A stretch of DNA of 64,000 nucleotides from Desulfurococcaceae archaeon (GTDB lineage Archaea; Thermoproteota; Thermoprotei_A; Sulfolobales; Desulfurococcaceae), in contig JAWBAI010000002.1 of the NCBI GenBank assembly GCA_038816475.1, positions 109,618 through 173,617 of the forward strand, written 5' to 3'. Position 1 is the first letter of the stretch. Each line of letters begins with the position of its first letter. Positions 1 through 9,424 of this stretch are shown piece by piece. A model generated the notes under the pieces. It had not been told where the DNA came from and made no database searches. It was given only the letters and a program-made list of their open reading frames with translations. The translations under genes were made by a program, and so were the position numbers.

Positions 1-44
1 CATGGGTTGTTAGTATTTTGATTCTGGTTTAAAAGGCCGTATTT

Positions 45-1673
45 ATGTATTATGTAGCGGGCACATTGACGAAGTACGTTTTCGTAACTGGAGGCGTGCT
101 CTCAGGTCTGGGTAAGGGTATAGTAACAGCGTCGATAGGCTTACTACTGAAAAGCATGGGGTACAACGTAACGGCGATCAAGATCGACCCCTACTTGAAT
201 GTTGATGCTGGAACGATGAGCCCCTATGCTCACGGAGAGGTTTTTGTAACCGAGGATGGTGGAGAAACAGACATGGACATAGGTCACTACGAGAGATTTC
301 TCAATGTAAATCTTTCGAAAAAGAACAACATCACCTCAGGCCAAGTGTACTACAATGTAATACTCAAGGAGAGAAGAGGTGATTACCTAGGACAATGTGT
401 ACAGATAATACCACACGTTACCGACGAGATAAAGTTCATGATAAGAAACATTGCTCAAGAATCCGGAGCCGATATAGCTATTGTTGAGATTGGAGGTACC
501 GTGGGAGACATCGAGGGATTGCCTTTCCAGGAAGCTGCAAGACAGATTAAATTCGACGTCGGTGAGAGCAACGTATTCTACGTGCACGTTGCACTAGCAC
601 CTATCCTTCCAAGTGGTGAACTCAAAACAAAACCCATACAGCATAGTGTTCAGGAGCTGAGAAGAATCGGTATTCAACCTGATGCGATTGTTGTAAGGTC
701 CGCTAGATTCATCGACAATGAGGCGCGCTCAAAAATAGCTCTGTACAGTAACTTGCCACCGAGAGCTGTATTCAGTAATCCGGACTTGGAACATATCTAC
801 GAGGTTCCCCTCATTCTGCACGAGCAGGAATTCACGAAGTATATTGCAGAAAGGCTCAGATTAGACTACAGGGAGCCAGAATTACCTGCTTGGCGAGAGT
901 TTGTTAACAAGCTTAAAACTGCAAGTAGAGTTGTTAAGATAGCCATGATCGGTAAGTACACTAAGATCAGGGATAGCTACGTGAGTATTATTGAAGCAAT
1001 AAAGCACTCCTCAGCGTGGAAAGGCGTGAAGCCTGAACTTCTGTGGATAGAGTCCACTGATATAGAAGGTGATCAGCTTCTTGTAAGAAAGCTCGATGCT
1101 GTGGACGGCGCCATTATTCTCCCGGGTTTCGGGAAAAGAGGTGCAGAGGGAAAAATACTGGCGATAAAGTACCTTCGCGAACATCTAAAGCCTGTTCTCG
1201 GTATATGCTTTGGCATGCAACTAATGATAATCGAAGCTTTTAGAAACATCATTGGACTAAGCAAAGCTAATAGCACAGAATTGGACCCGAACACACCATA
1301 TCCAGTCGTAGACCTTCTGCCTGAACAAAGGAACCTGAGCGCTATGGGGGGAACACTCAGGCTTGGAGCTAGGAAGATACTGATCAAGCCGGGTACATGG
1401 GCTTACAGAGCTTACGGTACATGCGAGGTATACGAAAGGTTTAGACACAGGTACGGTTTCAACAACAAGTACATTGACCTACTTGAGAAAGCCGGTCTCG
1501 AGGTATCGGGGTACAGCGAAGAAGGCTATGCTGAAATAGTTGAGCTTAAAAATACCAAGACACTGTACCTTGGAATACAAGCACATCCCGAATTCAAGAG
1601 CAGGCCTCTTCAGCCGAGTCCTATCTTCAGCTTGTTCATCGACAATGTGCTTCAAAATAAGCATGTGGACTAG
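45..1673 (+). CDS. pyrG: CTP synthase
   Basis: KYVFVTGGVLSGLGKG, KIDPYLNVDAGTM, GICFGMQ and QAHPEF motifs; true start probably TTG at 66. Confidence 0.98.
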   Translation: MYYVAGTLTKYVFVTGGVLSGLGKGIVTASIGLLLKSMGYNVTAIKIDPYLNVDAGTMSPYAHGEVFVTEDGGETDMDIGHYERFLNVNLSKKNNITSGQVYYNVILKERRGDYLGQCVQIIPHVTDEIKFMIRNIAQESGADIAIVEIGGTVGDIEGLPFQEAARQIKFDVGESNVFYVHVALAPILPSGELKTKPIQHSVQELRRIGIQPDAIVVRSARFIDNEARSKIALYSNLPPRAVFSNPDLEHIYEVPLILHEQEFTKYIAERLRLDYREPELPAWREFVNKLKTASRVVKIAMIGKYTKIRDSYVSIIEAIKHSSAWKGVKPELLWIESTDIEGDQLLVRKLDAVDGAIILPGFGKRGAEGKILAIKYLREHLKPVLGICFGMQLMIIEAFRNIIGLSKANSTELDPNTPYPVVDLLPEQRNLSAMGGTLRLGARKILIKPGTWAYRAYGTCEVYERFRHRYGFNNKYIDLLEKAGLEVSGYSEEGYAEIVELKNTKTLYLGIQAHPEFKSRPLQPSPIFSLFIDNVLQNKHVD

Positions 1674-1760
1674 AGAACAGGTCCCCCTTGGTCACAAGTA
1701 ACGCATAGTGGTTACAGATAACAGCTCGATAGGCAACTACCTGGGGTTCTCTGTTCTAAG

Positions 1761-2474
1761 CTACTTAAACGACGCCTGATAGTTTCTGTAAACAATCTCC
1801 TCTACGTAGCTTACGCTGATATTCCTGGTACGAGCAAGAAACTTAACCGTGTTTTCCACCATATCGGGAGTCATTTCCAACCCCCGATAGTTGTAAGGTG
1901 CATCACTCTCCGTGATCACGTGGTTCAGGTTAACTATTTCCAGTATTCTACGATGTTTGTTTTGAATAATCCAAGCTGGATTTGCACCAATAAAGTACCC
2001 TTCACTCTGAATTTCCTCTAGAACATCAATAGGTCCTGTGTACCAGTGAAAGTAGGCTCTTGAGACATCATTGGTTTTCAAGATTTCAAGAACCTCACGC
2101 CACGCATCTGCAGCATGTATATTCAGCACAAGGTCGTATTCTTTAGCATACTCAACGAAGATCGCGAACACTTCGAGTTGCTTTTCGAACGTATTTGGCT
2201 TGAACTTTTTATCGAGTCCAACTTCACCAAGGCATTTAACAGAGTCTTTACCAATGACTTCGTTCAGCATAGTTTTAATAGCGTTCGTGCCATACTCGTG
2301 AGCAACCCAGGGGTGTACCCCCACGCATGCTTCTACTTCTTTGTACTTTTCTTGTAGTTTAAGAGTAGCTTGACTAGATACTGGATCATCTGAAACACAC
2401 ACTAATTTTACCTTGCCAATGTACTTCGCTAAGTCTCCTAGTTCATAGCAGTGAACGTGCATATCTACGAGCAT
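1761..2474 (-). CDS. TatD-family metal-dependent hydrolase/DNase
   Basis: DMHVH, GVHPW, GEVGLD, ESDAPY motifs. Confidence 0.92.
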   Translation of the reverse strand: MLVDMHVHCYELGDLAKYIGKVKLVCVSDDPVSSQATLKLQEKYKEVEACVGVHPWVAHEYGTNAIKTMLNEVIGKDSVKCLGEVGLDKKFKPNTFEKQLEVFAIFVEYAKEYDLVLNIHAADAWREVLEILKTNDVSRAYFHWYTGPIDVLEEIQSEGYFIGANPAWIIQNKHRRILEIVNLNHVITESDAPYNYRGLEMTPDMVENTVKFLARTRNISVSYVEEIVYRNYQASFK

Positions 2475-2479
2475 ATCGA

Positions 2480-3115
2480 TCAGCTCTTCCCGTTGTTAAG
2501 CAGTTTAAACAGGTCGTATTTCTTCTCGGAGCATTCAACCTGGTTTTCATGATTCACCACATTAATTAAAGGTGTAGTACGACCTATGCTCTCTAGGACT
2601 ACAAGGGGGTATTGAAGAGCTCTTAGCAATTCGGCTAAACTCCTTTCACATGGTGATAAGGTGAGTCTTTCACATGCTCCTGGACGACTTGAAAGAGCAA
2701 AAACATCCTCATCGCAAATATCGAAGAACACTTCATCGAGAAATACACATGGTGATACTCCTTCATCTAGAATCCATATAGTGGTTTTTTCAATACCCCA
2801 TACGTGTACTTGGAATCCACGTCCTTGACATATAGAAACTCTGCTGGGTTTATGAATGAGCATCAGTAGAGTTCTCTTGCGTGCATTGAAGTATACAATG
2901 TTGTTTTCGTAGTCGTATTTAGCAACTTCAATGTTACTACATGTAACGGATTCATCAATGTGACAAAAAGCGTTACTCAAATCCATAGCCGTGTTCCTCT
3001 CAAACCTGTGTTCTCTCATTACTACTATCATTAAAAGTAGTGCTCTATCCAGGGTAAATATATTAGGTTTAAAACTTACCACATTGATGTTGAACCTTGG
3101 TATCGACTCGCCCAT
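2480..3115 (-). CDS. hypothetical Cys-rich protein
   Basis: 211-aa ORF co-oriented with tatD; no recognised motif; real start probably downstream of 3115. Confidence 0.55.
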   Translation of the reverse strand: MGESIPRFNINVVSFKPNIFTLDRALLLMIVVMREHRFERNTAMDLSNAFCHIDESVTCSNIEVAKYDYENNIVYFNARKRTLLMLIHKPSRVSICQGRGFQVHVWGIEKTTIWILDEGVSPCVFLDEVFFDICDEDVFALSSRPGACERLTLSPCERSLAELLRALQYPLVVLESIGRTTPLINVVNHENQVECSEKKYDLFKLLNNGKS

Positions 3116-3162
3116 GATGACTTTGCCGAAGCCTGAAGTGTGATGTTTCTCCCGAAGTCTGA
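3114..3162 (+). ncRNA. box C/D guide sRNA (probable 23S rRNA targets)
   Basis: C ATGATGA 3114-3120, D' CTGA 3133-3136, C' GTGATGT 3140-3146, D CTGA 3159-3162, with two 12-nt guides. Confidence 0.85.
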
Positions 3163-3172
3163 GGAGTCTTCT

Positions 3173-3841
3173 ATGCCGAAACTGGGATTGATTGTACTAG
3201 ATCTTGATGAAACAACGCTGGAGAACATTTTTGATTTTTACGAAGCGTACTGCACTGCTCTTAGAATTTACAGTGAGGATTGCCCTGGTTTTGACGAGTT
3301 CATGGTTATGTTCAACGAAAATAAACTACATGAGAAAATCCCCTCGCATGTTAACCATGTGGATTTCTGGAGAACCTTTAGGAAGCTGTATGCATCCAAG
3401 CACTCATGGCTTAAGAAGGGACTTAGAGAGTTCCTGTACTATGTGAAGAATCTAGGTGTGAGAATCGTTATCATAAGTGGAAGAGAAAGCCCTTCGTATG
3501 GAATATGGTTTGACCTTAGGAAACATGGTATTGATGAATACGTGGACGAGCTGTACACAATGTGGGATCTAGAAATCCTACGTGGATATGAAGAATTCCT
3601 CTTCGACAAATCCTACCTGGTAAATCACGCAAGGAGAAGACTTGGTGTGCAGGGAGAAACAGTTTGTATTGGTGATTACGTTACAGACTACTACAGTTGT
3701 GTAAAAGCCGGAGGAATTTTTATTGGAATAAACAGCGAAGAGAGTAGAAATACTGCTTTGAAAAAAGCAGGAGTTAAGTACGTAGCTAGGGATTTCACGG
3801 ATGTACTGGTGATCCTAAGTGAACTTGGATTGCTTAGCTAA
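3173..3841 (+). CDS. HAD-superfamily hydrolase
   Basis: DLDETT motif I, ISGR, IGDYVTD; start moved to ATG 3173 (GAGGAG upstream, sRNA occupies 3114-3162). Confidence 0.88.
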   Translation: MPKLGLIVLDLDETTLENIFDFYEAYCTALRIYSEDCPGFDEFMVMFNENKLHEKIPSHVNHVDFWRTFRKLYASKHSWLKKGLREFLYYVKNLGVRIVIISGRESPSYGIWFDLRKHGIDEYVDELYTMWDLEILRGYEEFLFDKSYLVNHARRRLGVQGETVCIGDYVTDYYSCVKAGGIFIGINSEESRNTALKKAGVKYVARDFTDVLVILSELGLLS

Positions 3842-3842
3842 A

Positions 3843-4166
3843 TCACAGCGTTTTCAGCACGTATCTTCCATCACTACCTATGTATATTTCACCTCTCTCA
3901 AACAAAACGTTGATAGCTTTACGTATTTTGTCTTCACTAGCTATACCTGACAATACCTGGTGTATTTCTTTGAGATTCATTGGCTTATAGCTTAGCAGTT
4001 CCTTGACTATGTCTATAAGCTCATCATCGTTGGGCGCTGTTAGTAGAACAACGTCGTTATCCTCATGTAATGTTCTCAATCTTACTCTCTTGCTTAGCAA
4101 TTCCAGTTCCTCTGGTGTTAAGTTAGAGTTTTTCACCCGAATTCCACCACTAATCAGCAGTTTCAA
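3843..4166 (-). CDS. small winged-helix-like hypothetical protein
   Basis: PMNLKEIHQVLSGIASEDKIRKAI..L..RGEI wHTH-like pattern. Confidence 0.7.
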   Translation of the reverse strand: MKLLISGGIRVKNSNLTPEELELLSKRVRLRTLHEDNDVVLLTAPNDDELIDIVKELLSYKPMNLKEIHQVLSGIASEDKIRKAINVLFERGEIYIGSDGRYVLKTL

Positions 4167-4217
4167 TATGCTATAAGGGTAAGTCTACCATATAAGCATT
4201 CCAGTCGAGGAGGGTGT

Positions 4218-5546
4218 ATGCTGGAAGTAGTATTTTTGTACGATAAGAGAACACGTTACAGCTTGAACTCTCTGCTAGCTACCATAGACTCTGAGAGAGA
4301 GATTAGTGTTCGCCTTGCAGATGATCTAGACAAGCTCCTGAAGACCGCGTTATTGCTGAGAAACAAAGGTAGAAAAGTTCTAGTAGCTATTAGTCTTCTT
4401 ACAACAATGCTCGCAGATCAAAGCTACCTGAACAGCCTGCTGGATACCATAGCTCTGCTAAAAAAGAAAAAGTGCATTACAGTTTGCGGAGGACCACATG
4501 CTTCAGGTGACCCCCTAGGCTCACTAGTCTCTCTCGGATTCGATTACGTGGTTATCGGTGAAGGAGAAGAAACATTTAGAGAACTTGTCTTACTTGTTAG
4601 GGATGGTGGTGATCCCGGGAGTGTAAAAGGGATAGCTTACCTGGACCACGGGAGATTTGAGTATACAGGACGAAGAAGCCCTTTGAACCTGGACGATTAT
4701 CATCCATTTCCGTACTGGAGGAACATGTTTAGCCCCATAGAGATAACGCGTGGATGCCCTTACGGCTGCTTCTACTGTCAAGTTTCATATTTTCACGGAA
4801 ACGCGTATAGGCACAGAAGCGTTGACAACATAGTTTTCTACGCTAGGGTATTTTACGAGAAAGGCATGAAAGATTTAAGGTTCATAACACCCAATGGTCT
4901 TGCCTACGGAATGAAAACTTCTGGCAGAAGTCCTGAGCTGGATAAATTGGAAGAACTGCTGAGCGCTCTTAAAAAAGAAGCTGATAGATTTGGAGGCCGA
5001 ATATTCCTGGGGACCTTTCCGAGCGAGCTTAGACCTGACCATGTCACAGAAGAGTCGCTGAAAATCCTCAAGAAATACGTTGCTAATAGACGTACAATAA
5101 TAGGTGGACAGTCTGGTAGCGAAAGTGTGCTCAGGGCCATTCACCGAGGGCATAGTGTTGAAGATGTGATCAACGCTGTAGATATTTCGGTGAAAGTCGA
5201 ATTCACGCCCGACGTGGATCTTATTCTCGGATTACCTTGCGAATGCCCAGACGACATGATTAAAACCGTTGAGATGGCAAGAAAAGTGACAGAAAAGGGT
5301 GGAAGAGTACACCTCCACTACTACTTGCCTCTCCCAGGAACACCTTTCGGGTTGAAACCACCGCAACCCATACCTCAAAGCGTGAAACGGGAACTACTAA
5401 AGCTCATAGGTACAGGCAAAGCCTACGGAGATTGGCTAAAACAAGAGGCGATGTCGTGGCGTATAATAGAGCTTCACAGGAAGGGCGTGATTTACCCGCG
5501 GTCATCAGCGCCCAGTTTCATCAGCGGATCAGACTGGGGTTCGTAG
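4218..5546 (+). CDS. B12-binding domain / radical SAM protein (MJ1487-like)
   Basis: GGPHASGDP and GEGE cobalamin-binding region; EITRGCPYGCFYC CxxxCxxC. Confidence 0.92.
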   Translation: MLEVVFLYDKRTRYSLNSLLATIDSEREISVRLADDLDKLLKTALLLRNKGRKVLVAISLLTTMLADQSYLNSLLDTIALLKKKKCITVCGGPHASGDPLGSLVSLGFDYVVIGEGEETFRELVLLVRDGGDPGSVKGIAYLDHGRFEYTGRRSPLNLDDYHPFPYWRNMFSPIEITRGCPYGCFYCQVSYFHGNAYRHRSVDNIVFYARVFYEKGMKDLRFITPNGLAYGMKTSGRSPELDKLEELLSALKKEADRFGGRIFLGTFPSELRPDHVTEESLKILKKYVANRRTIIGGQSGSESVLRAIHRGHSVEDVINAVDISVKVEFTPDVDLILGLPCECPDDMIKTVEMARKVTEKGGRVHLHYYLPLPGTPFGLKPPQPIPQSVKRELLKLIGTGKAYGDWLKQEAMSWRIIELHRKGVIYPRSSAPSFISGSDWGS

Positions 5547-5556
5547 ATTTCATCCC
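5505..5556 (-). ncRNA. box C/D-like sRNA with guide complementary to the tRNA-Asn intron
   Basis: minus strand GGGATGA-aatctacgaaccccagt-CTGA-tccg-CTGATGA-aactgggcg-CTGA; TTTATAAG TATA-like box at 5582-5589, about 26 nt upstream. Confidence 0.72.
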
Positions 5557-5600
5557 ATACGTATTACCAAGATAGAAACTGCTTATAAAGTCTTGTATAA

Positions 5601-6020
5601 CTAGCTCGAAGCTTCTCCCCCGGACCTTAAGAAACCCGAAAGCCATGGACACGTGAGAGGATCGTAGAATCCCCCCTCATAACACCTGTTCGTATATTGA
5701 CATGTAATACAGGGAACTTTTATAACGCTTAGAACAATCTCTCTTAAAGATAGTGGTGATTCTCCAAGTTTCTCGAGAACTTCGAGTATCTTTTTCTTGT
5801 CTATTCTTAGTATGTACGTGCGTCTTTTTCTGTGAACAACGGGTTCTCTTGAGACTAATCCCATCTTCTCGAGCTTGTACAGAGATTTAGACACGAGCTT
5901 TGGATCAAGGTTTATCATTGAAGGAACGTCGTTCTGGTATATCGGGTTTTCTACCTTGTATAGAAACCTCAGTATTTCGATATCATACTTGTTTAACGAA
6001 TTCGGCATATATAGCACCAA
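5601..6020 (-). CDS. tfeB: transcription factor TFE-beta (wHTH + Fe-S cluster, RPC34-like)
   Basis: N-terminal wHTH, C-terminal PCITC..C..DPLTCPWL; lies next to tfb and gar1, the known crenarchaeal arrangement. Confidence 0.82.
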   Translation of the reverse strand: MVLYMPNSLNKYDIEILRFLYKVENPIYQNDVPSMINLDPKLVSKSLYKLEKMGLVSREPVVHRKRRTYILRIDKKKILEVLEKLGESPLSLREIVLSVIKVPCITCQYTNRCYEGGFYDPLTCPWLSGFLRSGGEASS

Positions 6021-6173
6021 TAATCCATCACTAATCAGATACCTCTGTTATCTTTGTTGCACGGTGTAATATACTTAAACCAGCGAATCTTCACATGGAT
6101 GTTAAAGGACCTCCTGGAGCCTACCTTAGAACAAGGAGTTTATCGTGTAGAAAACGGAATCCGAGATTTTCTT

Positions 6174-7049
6174 CTACATGATGACATATATGTCAAGAGC
6201 TCTAACTAAAGCACTATAAGCGTTTCTAATGGCAACATCGGTTTGTCCAACAGTACTTCCTACCTCCATTTGAGTCTTCCTACTATTCAGTAGTATGCTA
6301 GCAAGGTAAACTGCAGCTGCTGCTAGACTTGCAGGACTCTTACCACTTACCACCGGATGCTCTCTAACATTACCAACAATTTCGCTAGCCAATGCACCTA
6401 TCTCGGGGGGTAATTTTAGCGATGATGTTACGTAGTTCACGTAGAAGCGGGGTTCGTTCGATTCAACAAGGGTTTTCGTATCCTTGTCCAGCTCGCTGAG
6501 CTTTCTGAGTCCATCCCATAGATCTCCTTCTTCTAGTCCCACCTCTTTCGCAAACAACTTTATGGGTCTTGGGTACCCGCACTTCTTATAAGCCGTGAAC
6601 ATTGCTGCAGCTACGACCTTCCTCAAAGTCTGCTCCTTAACATTCACATCTTTCATTATCTTATGGAGAATCTCGCCAGCCGTTTCAATTACAGCGCTTG
6701 GCGCGTTCAACCGCTTAGCCAAGTTATTCAACTCTCTGAGTGCTTTTACTAGTCTTCTGTGTTGCTTATCGAACTTAACATCGATATTTCGCATAACCCA
6801 TGTTCGCCCCTCTACTATGTGCCTTGTAATATTACCTGCAATCTCTGTTCCACCAACACCGTGATCGTGAACTCTATGAGTGAATGAACCGCTGTACCGT
6901 GGTACATGGTTCTCTTTCAAGTTTCTCTCAGCACTCATAAGAATAGGTCTATCTTCAAGTACAGTACCACACGACGGACACACATACGCATGAAGGGTGA
7001 AATCGTATAGTATTTCCTCACAGCCGCAGTAACCGCATTTCATCGTCAA
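6174..7049 (-). CDS. tfb: transcription initiation factor IIB paralogue (TFB2-like)
   Basis: Zn ribbon CGYC..CPSCG, two cyclin repeats, SGKSPASLAAAAVYLA. Confidence 0.92.
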   Translation of the reverse strand: MTMKCGYCGCEEILYDFTLHAYVCPSCGTVLEDRPILMSAERNLKENHVPRYSGSFTHRVHDHGVGGTEIAGNITRHIVEGRTWVMRNIDVKFDKQHRRLVKALRELNNLAKRLNAPSAVIETAGEILHKIMKDVNVKEQTLRKVVAAAMFTAYKKCGYPRPIKLFAKEVGLEEGDLWDGLRKLSELDKDTKTLVESNEPRFYVNYVTSSLKLPPEIGALASEIVGNVREHPVVSGKSPASLAAAAVYLASILLNSRKTQMEVGSTVGQTDVAIRNAYSALVRALDIYVIM

Positions 7050-7060
7050 CCCCCTCTAAT

Positions 7061-7327
7061 TCAATTAACTTTAACCTTCCTGCGTTGTACGCTGTAGTAT
7101 ACTCTCTCCTTTCTCACAGCTAAGAACTCTCCCAGCTCCTTATCCAGTAGTTTTACCACTATGCGAGGGTTGTCGACCCTACCTATGACATCAATAACTG
7201 TTCCGAGCTTTCTACCGGAGCTATCAAAGACATCCCTGTACACTGTTTCAAGAACAGATTTTACGTGTGGTTTAACAATCAGGTAACCATCCTTAGTAAA
7301 AGTTTCAACTATTCCTAGCAATCGCAT
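7061..7327 (-). CDS. gar1: H/ACA RNP protein Gar1
   Basis: VFD..GRKLGTVIDVIGRVDNP; context with tfb. Confidence 0.85.
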   Translation of the reverse strand: MRLLGIVETFTKDGYLIVKPHVKSVLETVYRDVFDSSGRKLGTVIDVIGRVDNPRIVVKLLDKELGEFLAVRKERVYYSVQRRKVKVN

Positions 7328-7620
7328 AAAATAACCTCGCTAGTTTCGTCGTAGATGGGATATTTCGTCTAAGTACTTTAAAAATAACCACCTAAGCGAT
7401 CCTATGTCCCTATTCAGGACCAATATAGCGGTTCCTTAACATGGTTTATTCAATTTCATCGTAATACTAAAGTGTGAAGGTTTATGGATTGAAGTACAAA
7501 CTTACATACGTGTATTTTGTAATACGATGCTCATACACATAAACTTACGGTTAACTAGGTTAATCAAAACAACAACTTGTTTGTGTAAATATACTCTGCA
7601 TCACCGTATTGTTTAGAGCG

Positions 7621-7935
7621 TTACCGCTTTACTCCACGTATTTCTTTCAAAGCACGTGCTATCTCATAGATGGTTTTGAGCTTGCTGCCACGTTTGCTTA
7701 CAATAACTCTCCCTTTGGCTCCGCTTCTACCGTGTCTCGGATATAGAGTGTTTTGTTCAACTTCCGCATTCAATCCAAGCACTCTGGCAGCTCTAACTAT
7801 CTCTTCTAGGGTTGGATTAGGCACCGCTAAGCTCAAAGGTACACGTCTACCATTTTTTCTGCTCAAGTTGTAGTCCAGGTACGCTGGATAAATTATAATG
7901 CGTTTACCTTCGTAATCTCTTCGCAATAAGCTCAC
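7621..7935 (-). CDS. srp19: signal recognition particle protein SRP19
   Basis: IIYPAYLD..SRKNGRRVP..AV.NPTLEEI, YPR. Confidence 0.95.
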   Translation of the reverse strand: MSLLRRDYEGKRIIIYPAYLDYNLSRKNGRRVPLSLAVPNPTLEEIVRAARVLGLNAEVEQNTLYPRHGRSGAKGRVIVSKRGSKLKTIYEIARALKEIRGVKR

Positions 7936-7951
7936 TCTGCAAAAGAAAACA

Positions 7952-8332
7952 CTACTGTATGAGGACTCCGTTTAAAACGCCATGCTGCCCGGGTCTTGAC
8001 GTTATTTTAACAAGCCCTATCTCGGTTTTAACTACAGAGCCTTTAGATATTATCTTGAACTTCGCGTTCTGGGGGTTTTCAGGTGTCTCAACAACATCTA
8101 GTATTTTGACTTTCTTCGTAGTGCCATCTTTTAGTGCTACGTTAACATAGAGTGCTTTCTTGAGCCTTACTTTAATGTTTCCTCCGAAAACTCTTTCAAT
8201 TACTTTTCTCTCTGTGGTACTCATAGTGGTTTTCGTAGGCGGTCCTCCGAGTTCGTATTTACGTTTATCTCGATGTTTACCCTTTAATCCTCCGCCGGGT
8301 TTTCTGAGGTCATTACCCTGATAATAAGACAT
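7952..8332 (-). CDS. rps8e: 30S ribosomal protein S8e
   Basis: YQGNDLRK.GGG, KRKYELG, TSRPGQHGVLN. Confidence 0.97.
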   Translation of the reverse strand: MSYYQGNDLRKPGGGLKGKHRDKRKYELGGPPTKTTMSTTERKVIERVFGGNIKVRLKKALYVNVALKDGTTKKVKILDVVETPENPQNAKFKIISKGSVVKTEIGLVKITSRPGQHGVLNGVLIQ

Positions 8333-8615
8333 CGCTCTTCACACCAACTTTATCACATAATAACCAAAAATGCCTTAAAAATAAACACAAGTAGTTAAGT
8401 AGCAGTTCTAGTGATGTAAGATTAGATCGAATGTTTCCTTGTATAGAATAGAGTCCTGCAGAATTTATTAACCTCTGAGGCTTGTAAGAAAACCCGGTAA
8501 CCCCGGGCTCCTGAGCCCGTAGTAAACCTTTGTTGAAACCCATGATGAATCACAATAGGAAAATCGCAGAAACTCAAAGGACATAAAGTGGTATCTATAT
8601 ACTTCTAAGTGTGAA

Positions 8616-9419
8616 GTGCTTATGAACAGGGGGTTCGTGCTGAGATTGACAAACATCATGCTTAAACCCGTTTACAGACTCTACGAGAAATGGCTATGGC
8701 TTCAAATAAAGAATGGTCCTTTTCCAAGACACATTGGAATAATTCCGGATGGAAACAGAAGATGGGCTTATCGAATGGGTCTTCAACCTCATGAAGGTCA
8801 TTTGTTTGGGTATGAGAAGATAAAGGAGGTCTTAAAATGGATATGGGACTTGAAGATAAAGTACGTGACTATATTCGCTATGAGCACGGAAAACTGCCTA
8901 TATAGGAGTGATTACGAGCGACAACAACTGTTCAATCTTGCAAGGCAGGGCTTAGAGGAACTAATGAATATGCCGGAAATACATGAATACGGAGTTAGAG
9001 TACGCGTCGTTGGAAGACTAGAGTATCTACCCCAGGAAGTTAGAAAAACCGCGATGGAGATAGAAGAAGCAACTAAAAACAATAGCAACTACATGCTTGT
9101 AATAGCTCTTTGCTACGGTGGTAGGCAGGATATCCTGGATGCAGTAAGGAGACTAGCTATAGATGTTCAAGAAGGTAGGTTAACACCGTCCAGTATATCC
9201 GAGGAGATTTTTACAAAGTATCTTTCAACAGGTGATGTCCCAGACGTGGACCTGGTTGTGAGGACAAGTGGGGAGGAGAGAATAAGCAACTTTTTGCTAT
9301 GGCATTTAGCTTATAGTGAGCTGTACTTCTGCGAAGCGTACTGGCCTGAGTTTAGGAAAATCGACCTCTGGAGAGCCATTAGAAGCTATCAGAGAAGGGA
9401 AAGACGTTTTGGTCGTTGA
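8616..9419 (+). CDS. uppS: cis-prenyltransferase (UppS family)
   Basis: HIGIIPDGNRRW, STEN, YGGRQDI, RTSGEERISNFLLW. Confidence 0.96.
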   Translation: MLMNRGFVLRLTNIMLKPVYRLYEKWLWLQIKNGPFPRHIGIIPDGNRRWAYRMGLQPHEGHLFGYEKIKEVLKWIWDLKIKYVTIFAMSTENCLYRSDYERQQLFNLARQGLEELMNMPEIHEYGVRVRVVGRLEYLPQEVRKTAMEIEEATKNNSNYMLVIALCYGGRQDILDAVRRLAIDVQEGRLTPSSISEEIFTKYLSTGDVPDVDLVVRTSGEERISNFLLWHLAYSELYFCEAYWPEFRKIDLWRAIRSYQRRERRFGR

Positions 9420-9424
9420 AAATT

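Noticed and set aside
1673-1760. AGAACAG/CTGTTCT inverted ends between convergent pyrG and tatD
   Set aside because: Short and imperfect; no box or ACA signature I can support
7328-7620. AT-rich gap as replication origin
   Set aside because: No ORB-like repeats and no initiator gene nearby
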